Source of the DNA: a virus
Reading direction: 5' to 3' (one strand)
Virus genome (UHGV): UHGV-0125140
DNA length: 34,135 nucleotides
Numbering within the stretch: the first letter of the stretch is position 1; every line of letters begins with the position of its first letter. A model generated the notes under the pieces. That model was not told the DNA's origin and searched no databases. It saw only the letters and a list, made by a program, of their open reading frames with translations. Below, in pieces: positions 1 to 8,438 of the stretch. A program made the translations under genes and the position numbers.

Positions 1-127
1 AAAATTAGGGATTGTTAGAAAAATTAAATTTTAAAGTATCAGTTTATCCAGTAGCTAACTAATGCAATAGCTCAAATCTTTGTTTATCAAAGGTTTGGGC
101 TTTTTTTGTGGTTTCAGGAAAATATTT

Positions 128-147
128 GACCATACTTTTGACCATAC
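128..147. repeat. attL: attL candidate: GACCATACTTTTGACCATAC direct repeat, matched at 34047-34065
   Basis: A 20-nt string reappears at the far end of the window as a 19-nt copy with one fewer T. It contains two copies of GACCATAC. It lies 4 bp from the integrase gene end, the usual attL geometry. Confidence 0.7.
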
Positions 148-151
148 TTAT

Positions 152-1315
152 TCAAAACCCGATGTAGTTAGCTAATTTTTCGGTAGTCACTTCTTTTCTA
201 TCATCTGTTAAATGTGTGTAGGTGTCTAACGTAGTCTTTATATTAGCGTGCCCGAGACGTTCTTGTACTTCTTTATGATCAGCGCCAGCATTGTATAACA
301 GTGAGGCGTGCGTATGTCTAAATCCATGTAAGCCTATATTAGGTAAATTTGCTTTTTTTTGATATATCTTATACCTTTCTGTAACGGATTGATTAATGGT
401 GAACTCATTAGAGTCATTAGTAAAAATTCTTGAAGGTTGAGTGAAACCCAACTTAAAAAGAAACTTCTTCTGTTCTGATCTCCATTTTTTAAGACACTCT
501 AAAGTGATTCTATCTAATATGATTATTCTATTTGATTTTTTTGTTTTTGGGGTGGAGGATACATAATACGTATCCGATTTTGTAACGGTTTTATTTATTT
601 GCAATTCTCCTGTTTTTAAGTTTAAATCATCCCAGGTTAGTGCTAGTAATTCTCCTATTCTACATCCACTGAAAGCCAATAATCTAAATAGTGTATAATC
701 TCTGAGAGTTATATAATTATTTTCTTGCGGCTGTTGATGTATACACTCTAAAAATTTTTGTAATTGGTCTTTGTTGTAAAATTTTATTTTCGTATCTTTA
801 GGATTTGCAGTTTCCTTATTCTTTGGGATGATTACATTGGTTGTTGGGTTTTCGGCGGTAACTCCCATACTTATAGCAAACTTAAAAACTTTATTCATAT
901 AATTTAAAAATAAAGGGTATTGTTTGGATGTCCCGTTAGTGTGCCAGTTATTAACTACTTTTTGACAATAAGCTGTATTTATTTTTGCTATTTCAATTTT
1001 TCCGAAGTGAGGAAAAATATGTTTATTGAAAATTATGTTAGTACGAGAATAGCTACTATCTTTAACTGTATTTTTGTAGTTTTCAAGCCACATTACTGCT
1101 ATCTCTTGAAATGTTATAGAAGAAGATTGCTTTATTCCGTTACGTTCAATCTCCATCTCTAATCTTGCCAATGCAATTTTTGCTTCTTTTTGTGTTTTAA
1201 ATCCTCTCTTGGTAGTGTATTTCTTTTTTTTAGTTAGTGGATCAATCCCAAGATAGGTTTTGAAGTACCATGCTTTTTCGCCGCTTTTCTTTTGATATTG
1301 CCTAATCATTGCCAT
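152..1315 (-). CDS. int: tyrosine-type site-specific integrase (phage integrase family)
   Basis: 387 aa. The C-terminal catalytic region HGFRHTHASLLYNAGADHKEVQERLGHANIKTTLDTYTHL carries the R..H..R..Y signature. Located next to the att repeat. Confidence 0.93.
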   Translation of the reverse strand: MAMIRQYQKKSGEKAWYFKTYLGIDPLTKKKKYTTKRGFKTQKEAKIALARLEMEIERNGIKQSSSITFQEIAVMWLENYKNTVKDSSYSRTNIIFNKHIFPHFGKIEIAKINTAYCQKVVNNWHTNGTSKQYPLFLNYMNKVFKFAISMGVTAENPTTNVIIPKNKETANPKDTKIKFYNKDQLQKFLECIHQQPQENNYITLRDYTLFRLLAFSGCRIGELLALTWDDLNLKTGELQINKTVTKSDTYYVSSTPKTKKSNRIIILDRITLECLKKWRSEQKKFLFKLGFTQPSRIFTNDSNEFTINQSVTERYKIYQKKANLPNIGLHGFRHTHASLLYNAGADHKEVQERLGHANIKTTLDTYTHLTDDRKEVTTEKLANYIGF

Positions 1316-1317
1316 TT

Positions 1318-1557
1318 TTATCTCTCCCAGTATTTTTTACATAATTCATTTATTTCGTCAAAGCGCGGATGATTTTTATTGTTATCCCTAAATCTTACAG
1401 TTGTTTGTAAGTTGTTGATTAGATAATCAAAAATTACCCCACGATCGTGTTCTGTTAATTTTTCTTTCGAGAAAAATTCTGCTCCAGCCAACGATTCATT
1501 AATCATTTGTAGTACTAATTTCTTTTCATTTTTTGATAAATCATTAAATGTTATCAT
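1318..1557 (-). CDS. hypothetical protein (79 aa), lysogeny-module cargo
   Basis: ORF tightly packed between int and the next small ORF on the same strand. No recognisable domain, no predicted TM segment. Confidence 0.5.
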   Translation of the reverse strand: MITFNDLSKNEKKLVLQMINESLAGAEFFSKEKLTEHDRGVIFDYLINNLQTTVRFRDNNKNHPRFDEINELCKKYWER

Positions 1558-1558
1558 A

Positions 1559-1798
1559 TTATTTTCCCTCTATATTTAATTCTATATCACTTTTTTGAAC
1601 TCCAAATAGTCCTATAGACAATTCGTTGTTGCTTGTAATTTTATACCCTTTTGATACTCGAAAAACAGGTGCGTGGAATGGAAGTAAATTTCCTGAACAT
1701 AAAGTGGCCCCGATAAAGTGCACCTTTGTTTCTGGTGGCACTGTATTTAGTATGGAAATCAGTTCCTTGGCAGTTAAAGCTTTGTTAAAGTCAGTCAT
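1559..1798 (-). CDS. hypothetical protein (79 aa), lysogeny-module cargo
   Basis: ORF with its own RBS (AAAAGGAG, 7 nt spacer). Separated by 1 nt from the 1318-1557 ORF. No recognisable domain. Confidence 0.5.
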   Translation of the reverse strand: MTDFNKALTAKELISILNTVPPETKVHFIGATLCSGNLLPFHAPVFRVSKGYKITSNNELSIGLFGVQKSDIELNIEGK

Positions 1799-1861
1799 TT
1801 TAATTACTCCTTTTGAACATACGTTCTTTTTTTGTGAAATTAATAATAGCCGAATGGCTAT

Positions 1862-2290
1862 TTAAAAGTATCTTGATAGTTCGTGTGGTAATCCTAAATA
1901 ATCCATAATTTGAAATTTTGTTAGTCCGTGTATGATTGATTGATCTTGCATATGCAGAAGTAATTTCATAGCGAGAGAATTTGCTTCACATTCCATTTTA
2001 GAAACAAATGTATCTAACCCTAAAGAACGGTAAAAAGGCGTACTAGCACCTTTGTGCAGTTTTATATGACTGAATTCATGTAATATCACAAACTTTTGAT
2101 AGTGCTCAGGCCAATTTGCGTTAACAATAATCGTATGACACCTGTCGTTAGTTTGTGTACAACCTCCAGTTTCATCATCTATATCAGCATAAAGTATTTT
2201 ACAGTTCGCCTTTTTTACCAAGTCGTAGACACTGCTAGGTTGGTATTTTGTGACGATTTTATCGAATTGATTTTCGACATAATTATTCAT
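1862..2290 (-). CDS. ImmA/IrrE-family zinc metallopeptidase (anti-repressor protease)
   Basis: HEXXH motif (ILHEFSHIKLH). About 140 aa. Sits immediately downstream of the XRE repressor, as in ImmR/ImmA pairs. Confidence 0.8.
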   Translation of the reverse strand: MNNYVENQFDKIVTKYQPSSVYDLVKKANCKILYADIDDETGGCTQTNDRCHTIIVNANWPEHYQKFVILHEFSHIKLHKGASTPFYRSLGLDTFVSKMECEANSLAMKLLLHMQDQSIIHGLTKFQIMDYLGLPHELSRYF

Positions 2291-2304
2291 AATACCAACC
2301 CCTA

Positions 2305-2718
2305 TTAGTTTCTATAATCTTTACGTGTGAATTTCTTTTTGGCTTCTTCTTTGTTCATTTCCATCGCAGTACGTATAGCAATTAAAAGACGGTCTTTTTG
2401 TTCTTGAGTAGCTGGTTCACCGTAAAAATTAAGATTTTCGCCATTAGCTATCCCTTCAATTAATTCTTCTGCTTGAATAGCAATATCATTTTTCTCTTTA
2501 TCACTTAATTCATAGTATTTTTTCTTTTCGGTACGACCAAGTAAGTAATCGGTTGAGACGTCAAAAAAATCTGCAACTTTCTGTAATTTTTTTATTCCTG
2601 GTGGTTGCTTGTCCCATTTTCGAATACTACTTTGGCTGAAATCAAGTTTTCTCTCTAATTCTGTTAAAGTCATTTTCTTTTGTGAAGCTAGCATCTTTAT
2701 TCTATCTACAATACTCAA
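2305..2718 (-). CDS. XRE-family HTH repressor (cI-like)
   Basis: N-terminal HTH (KKMTLTELERKLDFSQSSIRKWDKQ) plus a C-terminal oligomerisation-like part. Divergent from the cro-like gene. Confidence 0.85.
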   Translation of the reverse strand: MSIVDRIKMLASQKKMTLTELERKLDFSQSSIRKWDKQPPGIKKLQKVADFFDVSTDYLLGRTEKKKYYELSDKEKNDIAIQAEELIEGIANGENLNFYGEPATQEQKDRLLIAIRTAMEMNKEEAKKKFTRKDYRN

Positions 2719-2749
2719 ATTAATTCACCTCTAAAAAAACCTAACAAAA

Positions 2750-2965
2750 AATCGGAATTTATTCTTGACAATCGGAATAAATTACTTTATGATATGTTTG
2801 TAGGAAAGATATTTAAGGTGTACAGAAAACTAAAGCAATATATAGACAGTCTCCCCAGACGTTAATATAGCTTGCTTTTTGTATGCTGTATTCCTTATAC
2901 CTACATTATGGAATATATTCCGATGTTTGTCAATAGGTTGGAATAATAAAAGTGAATAAATTACC
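2750..2965. promoter_or_regulatory. genetic switch region: repeated GGAATAnATTCC-type operator candidates (2753-2764, 2773-2784, perfect palindrome 2910-2921, partial 2954-2964) and a sigma70-like promoter TTGACA(2765-2770)-17 bp-TATGAT(2788-2793)
   Basis: The 8-mer ATCGGAAT occurs at 2751 and 2771, and inverted at 2917. GGAATATATTCC is a perfect palindrome. The -35/-10 pair overlaps the operators and lies between the divergent cI and cro genes. Confidence 0.55.
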
Positions 2966-2976
2966 ATGGGAAGAAG

Positions 2977-3186
2977 GTGTTACTTGTGATTTATGAAAAA
3001 ATTAAAAAGCTTGCTATTAGCAACCACGTTTCAATCAATCGAATTGAAAAAGATTTAGGATTTAGCTCTTCAACAATTTCCAAATGGAATAACTCTAATC
3101 CAACATCTGGTAAGTTGAAACAAGTTGCTGACTATTTTGGAGTATCTATGGAGTCTTTATTAGAAGATGAAAAGAAGGAGGCGTAG
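2977..3186 (+). CDS. Cro-like XRE-family HTH protein
   Basis: HTH (LAISNHVSINRIEKDLGFSSSTISKWNNS). Divergent from the repressor. The true start is probably GTG at 2986, preceded by GGAAGAAGG. Confidence 0.7.
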   Translation: MLLVIYEKIKKLAISNHVSINRIEKDLGFSSSTISKWNNSNPTSGKLKQVADYFGVSMESLLEDEKKEA

Positions 3187-3189
3187 TTT

Positions 3190-3474
3190 ATGCATCTAAA
3201 CATACCTGATGAGGTAATTCAAAATGAATTAGCTAATAATATCACCTTTGTAGTTTTAAAAGAGGTTGAAAAACGTTTGAATTTGTTGACTAAGGTTATT
3301 GAATTACCGCCTTATCCAAACAAATCTCAGGTAAAGAAGATTTTAGAAATCGGTGATGAAAAATTAAGCAATTGGATTTCAAAAGGCTTAAAAGTGCAGC
3401 AATGGAGCGGTCAGGATATACGAATAGAACGATCTGAGTTACAACGATTTTTAAAAGAAACTTTTGAGATTTAA
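3190..3474 (+). CDS. excisionase-like / HTH_17-type DNA-binding protein
   Basis: Contains KKILEIGDEKLSNWISKGLKVQQWSGQDIRIERSELQRFL, which resembles the MerR-like Xis HTH fold. Confidence 0.45.
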   Translation: MHLNIPDEVIQNELANNITFVVLKEVEKRLNLLTKVIELPPYPNKSQVKKILEIGDEKLSNWISKGLKVQQWSGQDIRIERSELQRFLKETFEI

Positions 3475-3488
3475 AGGAGGAAAATAAA

Positions 3489-4201
3489 ATGAACAACTTA
3501 GTAATTATGAAAAACCAGCAAGCAGTAACAAGTAGTCTGCAAGTTGCTGAAGTATTCGAAAAACAACATAAGCATGTCATTGAGGCAATAGAAGCTAAAA
3601 TTCAATCGGCCGAAAATTCGGCTCATTACCAAAAAATGTTTGCTGATGGTGAATATAAAGATTCAAGAGGTAGAAAACAAAGATGTATTACATGAATCGT
3701 GATGGTTTTTCTTTTATTGCATTTGGATTCACTGGCAAAAAAGCGGATGCGTTCAAACTGAAATATATTGAGGCTTTTAATCAAATGGAAAAAGAAATTC
3801 AACAGCCTAAACTTCCAACCTCGCAAAGACAATTGGCGATGCTTGCTTTATCAGCAAATGAAGAAACAAATGAGCGTGTAGATGTAATTGAAAAAGAAGT
3901 AGCCGACTTAAAAGACAATCAAAAAATCGGTGCAGATGATTATGGTTACTTATCACGTCGAGTTCATCAACGAGTAGCAGAAGTAGCAAGAGGATTTGGA
4001 AAAATCACAAAGGAACAGCGTGGCAAGCTATACAAAGATATTAATTCAGGTATTAAGCAAATCACGGGCGTGGGTACTCGATCACAATTAAGAGAAAAAC
4101 ATTATCCAATGGTAATTGAATATATCAATGACTGGGAGCCGTCCACAGCCACAAAAACAGTTGTAAGACAAATGAGCTTTGACTTAAACGACATTGCGTA
4201 A
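3489..4201 (+). pseudogene. Rha-family (Phage_pRha) antirepressor, split by a frameshift into ORFs 3489-3695 and 3683-4201
   Basis: The N-terminal piece has the Rha signature (NQQAVTSSLQVAEVFEKQHKHVIEAI ... YKDSRGRKQ). The second piece continues the family (MYYMNRDGFSFIAFGFTGKKADAFKLKYIEAFN) in the +1 frame. Adding one A to the run AGAAAACAAAG at about 3673-3683 would fuse them. Confidence 0.6.
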
Positions 4202-4397
4202 GGAGAATATTATGGCTTATACAACTGAACAAGAAAGTTGGATACTCAACCAAATCAAAAAAGAGCGTAAACAGCTACAAGATGATAGAGCAGCGCTTAG
4301 ACAATCAGAACAACTGACCGAAGGAAAAGCATATCAAATTGAAAAAGAACTCGAATTTTTAAGATATTTAGAAATTCAAAATAGAATCCATGTATAA
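4194..4397 (+). CDS. hypothetical protein (67 aa)
   Basis: ORF with a coiled-coil-like composition. Confidence 0.4.
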   Translation: MRKENIMAYTTEQESWILNQIKKERKQLQDDRAALRQSEQLTEGKAYQIEKELEFLRYLEIQNRIHV

Positions 4398-4408
4398 GGA
4401 GAAATGAA

Positions 4409-4582
4409 ATGAGAAAAATTTATAACCTAAGAAGAATCGCAGTGATACTAATCGTATTCAGATTAGGACTGCTAGTAGGCGGAGATTTTAATCCGATTAT
4501 CCAAAATGTATATATCGGCTTATTCATCATTTGGACACTGTTTTATGATCTGGCACTTGAAGATAGAGAGGTAAATAAATGA
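4409..4582 (+). CDS. unannotated small membrane protein (57 aa, two hydrophobic segments)
   Basis: Hand translation gives MRKIYNLRRIAVILIVFRLGLLVGGDFNPIIQNVYIGLFIIWTLFYDLALEDREVNK. RBS AAGGAG lies upstream. It is below the ORF-track length cutoff. Confidence 0.4.
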   Translation: MRKIYNLRRIAVILIVFRLGLLVGGDFNPIIQNVYIGLFIIWTLFYDLALEDREVNK

Positions 4583-4886
4583 CAAGGAAAGAAAAATTAC
4601 AGCAAACGAAAAAACTTGCTGATTTATGGTACCAGCAACAAAAAAATAAAATATACATTGCACAACAAAAAGAGCGCAGAGGTGTTGTATGACGACAAAA
4701 AAGCGACTTAAGCCGGCAAGCAATAAGTCGCATACAAAAATATACTAAGAAAATTATATCACAGAAACGAGGTCTTGTGAATGAATCGTAGTGAAGCAGA
4801 TGCGCTAGATCAATTTTTAACAGAGCCGTCAGAAGAATTACAGAAAATCGAACCAGAATGGGAATATGACGAGGAGGAAGATAGCC

Positions 4887-5366
4887 GTGGCAACACTTTA
4901 TGAACTTAGCAACGATTATTTAAAAGTTTTGTCATTAGCTGAAGAGCTTGATGATGGAACATTAAAAGATACGTTAGATAGTATTAGCGATTCAATCGAT
5001 TTAAAAGTAGAAAACACAGCAAAAGTAGTTAAAGAACTTGAGAGCAACATATCTATTGTTGAAAAAGAAATCAAACGGCTACAGTCACGAAAAACAACGC
5101 TTTCTAACAATGTAAAGAACCTAAAAGGATATCTGCAAGATGAAATGGAAAAGGTCGGCAAAACGAAAATCAAGGGCGAATTATTCAATGTAGGAATTCA
5201 AAACAATCCAGTTTCTGTGAATATTATAGACGAAAAATTAATTCCTATTGGCTTTTTAATTCCTCAACCTCCCAAAGTTGATAAAACAGCTTTGAAAGAA
5301 GAACTGAAACATGGGGAAATCAAAGGTGCAGAATTAGTTCAAACTAAGAGTTTGAGAATTAGATAG
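4887..5366 (+). CDS. Sipho_Gp157-family protein (phage replication/recombination module)
   Basis: A GTG start at 4887 after GAGGAGGAAG gives MATLYELSNDYLKVL. The N-terminus, size and position upstream of the Sak4-like ATPase match the Gp157 family. Confidence 0.55.
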   Translation: MATLYELSNDYLKVLSLAEELDDGTLKDTLDSISDSIDLKVENTAKVVKELESNISIVEKEIKRLQSRKTTLSNNVKNLKGYLQDEMEKVGKTKIKGELFNVGIQNNPVSVNIIDEKLIPIGFLIPQPPKVDKTALKEELKHGEIKGAELVQTKSLRIR

Positions 5367-5377
5367 GAGGTTTCAAT

Positions 5378-6394
5378 ATGGAAATAAAAAAGGCTAAACG
5401 CGAAAAAATAAAAGTTCCTATCATGATAACTGGCGCAAGTGGTAGTGGAAAAACAGTAAGTGCGTTGTTTATTGCTAAAGGAATTATTGAAAAAATGCAT
5501 TCAGACTTATCAGAACAAGAACAATGGGAAAAAATAGGTGTCATTGACACTGAGCACAAACGATCGTTGTTATATGCTGATTCAACCATTGGAAATGTCG
5601 ACATAGGGGAATTTTTGCATATTGATTTTGAAGCACCATTTACTGTACAGCGATATATACAGGCTTTTAATTTATTCAAACAAGCTGGGGTTGAAGTGGT
5701 TATAGTCGATTCTCTAACGCATGCTTGGAGTGGTGAAGGTGGCATTTTAGAACAAGTAGAAAACCATCAGAGAGGCAACTCTAAAAATCAAATGTTGGCT
5801 TGGAATAAAGTAAAACCATTAGAGAAAGAATTTCTTAAGTTAGTAACAGGAAATTCAATGTATGTGATTGGAACGTCTAGAAGTAAGCAAGCCTACGACA
5901 TGGAAAAAAATGAACAAGGTAAAACACAAGTAGTAAAACTAGGGTTGAAACCTGATCAAAAAGATAGTTTGGAATATGAATTTGCTATCGCTTTACGTAT
6001 TGATCAGGACCACATAGCGGAAGCTACAAAAGATAACTCAAATATGTTTAATATGCCTTTTAAAATAACAAAAGAAGTAGGCGAAAAAATATATGAATGG
6101 AGTAGCGAAGGAATAGATTTAGAAAAATTAAAAGATGAATTAATTAGTAGTATTACAGAACTTGCTACACAATCTGAAAATCATGAAAATATGTTTAAAG
6201 AGTTGCACAGCAAGATTAACAACGTACCTTTAAAAAACGTAAAAACTAAAGTTCTTGAGCGTATGAAAGAAATGTTAGAAAAGATTGAAGTTCCTACTGT
6301 GGAACAACAAAGTGAAAACGAACTCGATGAAGAACAAACAGAATTATTTGACGAGGCAAATCCTCCGATTGCAAATGATTTTGAAAAGAAGTGA
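5378..6394 (+). CDS. AAA_24-type ATPase (Sak4-like recombination ATPase)
   Basis: Walker A motif GASGSGKT and RecA-like core layout. Sits in the Gp157 / ATPase / SSB module arrangement. Confidence 0.65.
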   Translation: MEIKKAKREKIKVPIMITGASGSGKTVSALFIAKGIIEKMHSDLSEQEQWEKIGVIDTEHKRSLLYADSTIGNVDIGEFLHIDFEAPFTVQRYIQAFNLFKQAGVEVVIVDSLTHAWSGEGGILEQVENHQRGNSKNQMLAWNKVKPLEKEFLKLVTGNSMYVIGTSRSKQAYDMEKNEQGKTQVVKLGLKPDQKDSLEYEFAIALRIDQDHIAEATKDNSNMFNMPFKITKEVGEKIYEWSSEGIDLEKLKDELISSITELATQSENHENMFKELHSKINNVPLKNVKTKVLERMKEMLEKIEVPTVEQQSENELDEEQTELFDEANPPIANDFEKK

Positions 6395-6398
6395 TTGA

Positions 6399-7040
6399 AT
6401 GATTGGGAAAATCATAAAACATAAAGGGAATATGTTGGCCATCGAATTTGAGGATGAAATAAATTCAAATTTTCTCGAACTTCTGGCTAATAACGATGAT
6501 AATTTAGCGAAAGTTGAATTCTTAGATAATCGACAGATGTCTCAAAAACAGAATGCACTTTCTCACGTTCTAATAGCCGATGTAGCACGTTGGAGCTATG
6601 ACGAACCTAAATGGATTGAAAGTGTCTTGAAATACTACTACGAGGCTAAGAGTGGTGTTTATTTTGAACATAGTAGAGCTACCAAGAATGAAGCGACTGA
6701 GTGGATCGGTTTCTTGATTGAGTTCATTTTGAAAAACGATATACCACTGGAAAAAAGATACCAATACTTGCTTGAAAATAACAAATGGTTTTATTACTGC
6801 CTGAAATATCGTAAGTGCTGTATTTGCGGTAAGCATGCTGACGTTTGTCATATCGAAGTTGTCGGAATGGGTCGCAATCGTAAGAAAATCAGCCATGAAA
6901 ATTTTACTTTTTATGCAGGTTGCCGTTTCCATCACCAAGAAGAACATCGTATTGGTACTAAGAACTTTTTGAATAAGTATCAAATAAAACCAGTCAAACT
7001 AAATATTGAAGAACGCAAGAAATTAAATATAGGAGGGTAA
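6399..7040 (+). CDS. phage protein with a C-terminal Cys/His cluster (HNH or zinc-binding nuclease-like)
   Basis: CCICGKHADVCHIEV...CRFHHQEEH cluster. Located in the replication module. Confidence 0.4.
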   Translation: MIGKIIKHKGNMLAIEFEDEINSNFLELLANNDDNLAKVEFLDNRQMSQKQNALSHVLIADVARWSYDEPKWIESVLKYYYEAKSGVYFEHSRATKNEATEWIGFLIEFILKNDIPLEKRYQYLLENNKWFYYCLKYRKCCICGKHADVCHIEVVGMGRNRKKISHENFTFYAGCRFHHQEEHRIGTKNFLNKYQIKPVKLNIEERKKLNIGG

Positions 7041-7043
7041 CCA

Positions 7044-7895
7044 GTGAATGAACATAGAGGCTTTTATGCTATCATTCCAGCCATTGTCCGCTACGATAAC
7101 CAATTAAATGGGAATGCAAAGCTATTATATGGAGAGCTGACAGCATTAGCAAATGAAAGAGGCTACTGTTGGGCAACAAATCAATACTTTGCCAGCCTAT
7201 ACAACGTTAGCAAACGGACAATCATATCATGGATGAAGCAATTAGAAAAACGAAAATATATAAAGATACAAGTCTTTTACAAACCAGATAGCAAAATTGT
7301 AGATCGTAGACATATTTATATATTGCCTTTTCCAACTGATACAGAATTCTACACCCCTAGTGAAGAAAATTTCATCACCTATGGAAAAAATCATCACGAG
7401 GGTGGTGAAGAAAATTTCACTACCCCTGGTGAAGAAAACTTCACAGAGAATAATACATTAATTAATAATACAAAGAATAATACATTGAATAAAAAGAATA
7501 GTGTTGAGCCAAGCTCAACCATGTCCGAATTATTCGAAAAAGTTTGGAAAACTTATCCAAAGAAAACCAACAAGAAAAAAGCTAGAGAACAATTTTTAAA
7601 GAAGTTCAAGACGGAAGAAGATTTAGAGTCGTTTAAAAAAGGATATAAAGACTATCTTGCGTATATTAAATTAAACGATTGGTACCATCCACAAGAATTG
7701 TTTCGTTGGATCCGTGATGATCGTTATAACGATGAATATGATTTATCTCAAACAAATAAACAGCCTGCGTATTCTAAGGCGCCAGTGAGACAAGAGCAGT
7801 TACCAAATTGGAATGGGATGCAAGAAGATGTACCTTTATCACCTGAAGAATTAGCTGAATTAGAACGACAAAAACAAGAATTATTAGGAGAGTGA
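7044..7895 (+). CDS. replisome organiser / DnaD-like replication initiator with an internal low-complexity linker
   Basis: N-terminal HTH typical of phage replication-initiator N domains (AIIPAIVRYDNQLNGNAKLLYGELTALANERGYCWATNQYFASLYNVSKRTIISWMKQLEK). The central repeat region encodes EENF repeats. Confidence 0.65.
   Translation: MNEHRGFYAIIPAIVRYDNQLNGNAKLLYGELTALANERGYCWATNQYFASLYNVSKRTIISWMKQLEKRKYIKIQVFYKPDSKIVDRRHIYILPFPTDTEFYTPSEENFITYGKNHHEGGEENFTTPGEENFTENNTLINNTKNNTLNKKNSVEPSSTMSELFEKVWKTYPKKTNKKKAREQFLKKFKTEEDLESFKKGYKDYLAYIKLNDWYHPQELFRWIRDDRYNDEYDLSQTNKQPAYSKAPVRQEQLPNWNGMQEDVPLSPEELAELERQKQELLGE
7360..7486. repeat. candidate origin of replication inside the initiator gene: 3 copies of the palindromic 16-mer GTGAAGAAAAYTTCAC (7360, 7405, 7429) plus 2 copies of GAATAATACATT (7448, 7474) in an AT-rich stretch
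   Basis: Direct repeats visible in the sequence. Lactic-acid-bacteria phages commonly carry ori iterons inside the rep gene linker. Confidence 0.5.
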
Positions 7896-7899
7896 CAAT

Positions 7900-8427
7900 A
7901 TGATAAACCAAGTTGTGTTAGTTGGACGTTTAACGAAAGATATAGATTTACGCTACACCGCAAGTGGTTCTGCAGTTGGAAGCTTTACTCTTGCTGTGAA
8001 CCGTAACTTTACAAACCAAAACGGCGAACGAGAAGCGGATTTTATCAACTGTGTAATTTGGCGTAAGCCTGCTGAAACAATGGCTAATTATGCTCGTAAA
8101 GGAACATTATTAGGAGTTGTTGGCAGAATTCAAACTCGTAATTATGACAACCAACAAGGCCAACGTGTCTATGTGACTGAAGTTATTTGCGAGAGTTTCC
8201 AATTATTAGAGTCAAAAAGCACCAACGAGAATAGAAATAGCATTCAGAGTTCGCAGAATAGCGTTACAGGCGTTCAAAATAATTTTGAGAGTAATTATGC
8301 CACAAATCAAAATAAAGGCTTAAATCAACAAAATAACAGCCAACAAATGTCGTTTGGTGGAGATGTAGATCCGTTCGCAGGCGCAGGTAATTCAATCGAC
8401 ATTAGCGATGATGATCTGCCTTTTTAG
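7900..8427 (+). CDS. ssb: single-stranded DNA-binding protein
   Basis: OB-fold N-terminus (MINQVVLVGRLTKDIDLRYT...), a Gln/Asn-rich linker and the acidic C-terminal tail DDDLPF. Confidence 0.95.
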   Translation: MINQVVLVGRLTKDIDLRYTASGSAVGSFTLAVNRNFTNQNGEREADFINCVIWRKPAETMANYARKGTLLGVVGRIQTRNYDNQQGQRVYVTEVICESFQLLESKSTNENRNSIQSSQNSVTGVQNNFESNYATNQNKGLNQQNNSQQMSFGGDVDPFAGAGNSIDISDDDLPF

Positions 8428-8438
8428 GAGGTTAAAAA

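Noticed and set aside
920-1162. Plus-strand 80-aa ORF inside the integrase gene, and similar antisense or nested ORFs (1626-1865, 2096-2308, 3296-3580, 3626-3832, 3807-3989, 4520-4733, 4916-5188, 5359-5745, 6570-6983, 7748-7963, 8909-9130, 9576-9779, 12214-12456, 13017-13289, 13793-14005, 15230-15454, 15842-16057, 17117-17299, 18007-18231, 19297-19563, 19767-19961, 22408-22881, 23070-23282, 27813-28176, 28415-28705, 30147-30341, 30735-30983, 31579-31814, 32977-33201)
   Set aside because: Each overlaps a well-supported gene on the other strand or in another frame. They lack RBSs and are typical AT-rich frame shadows.
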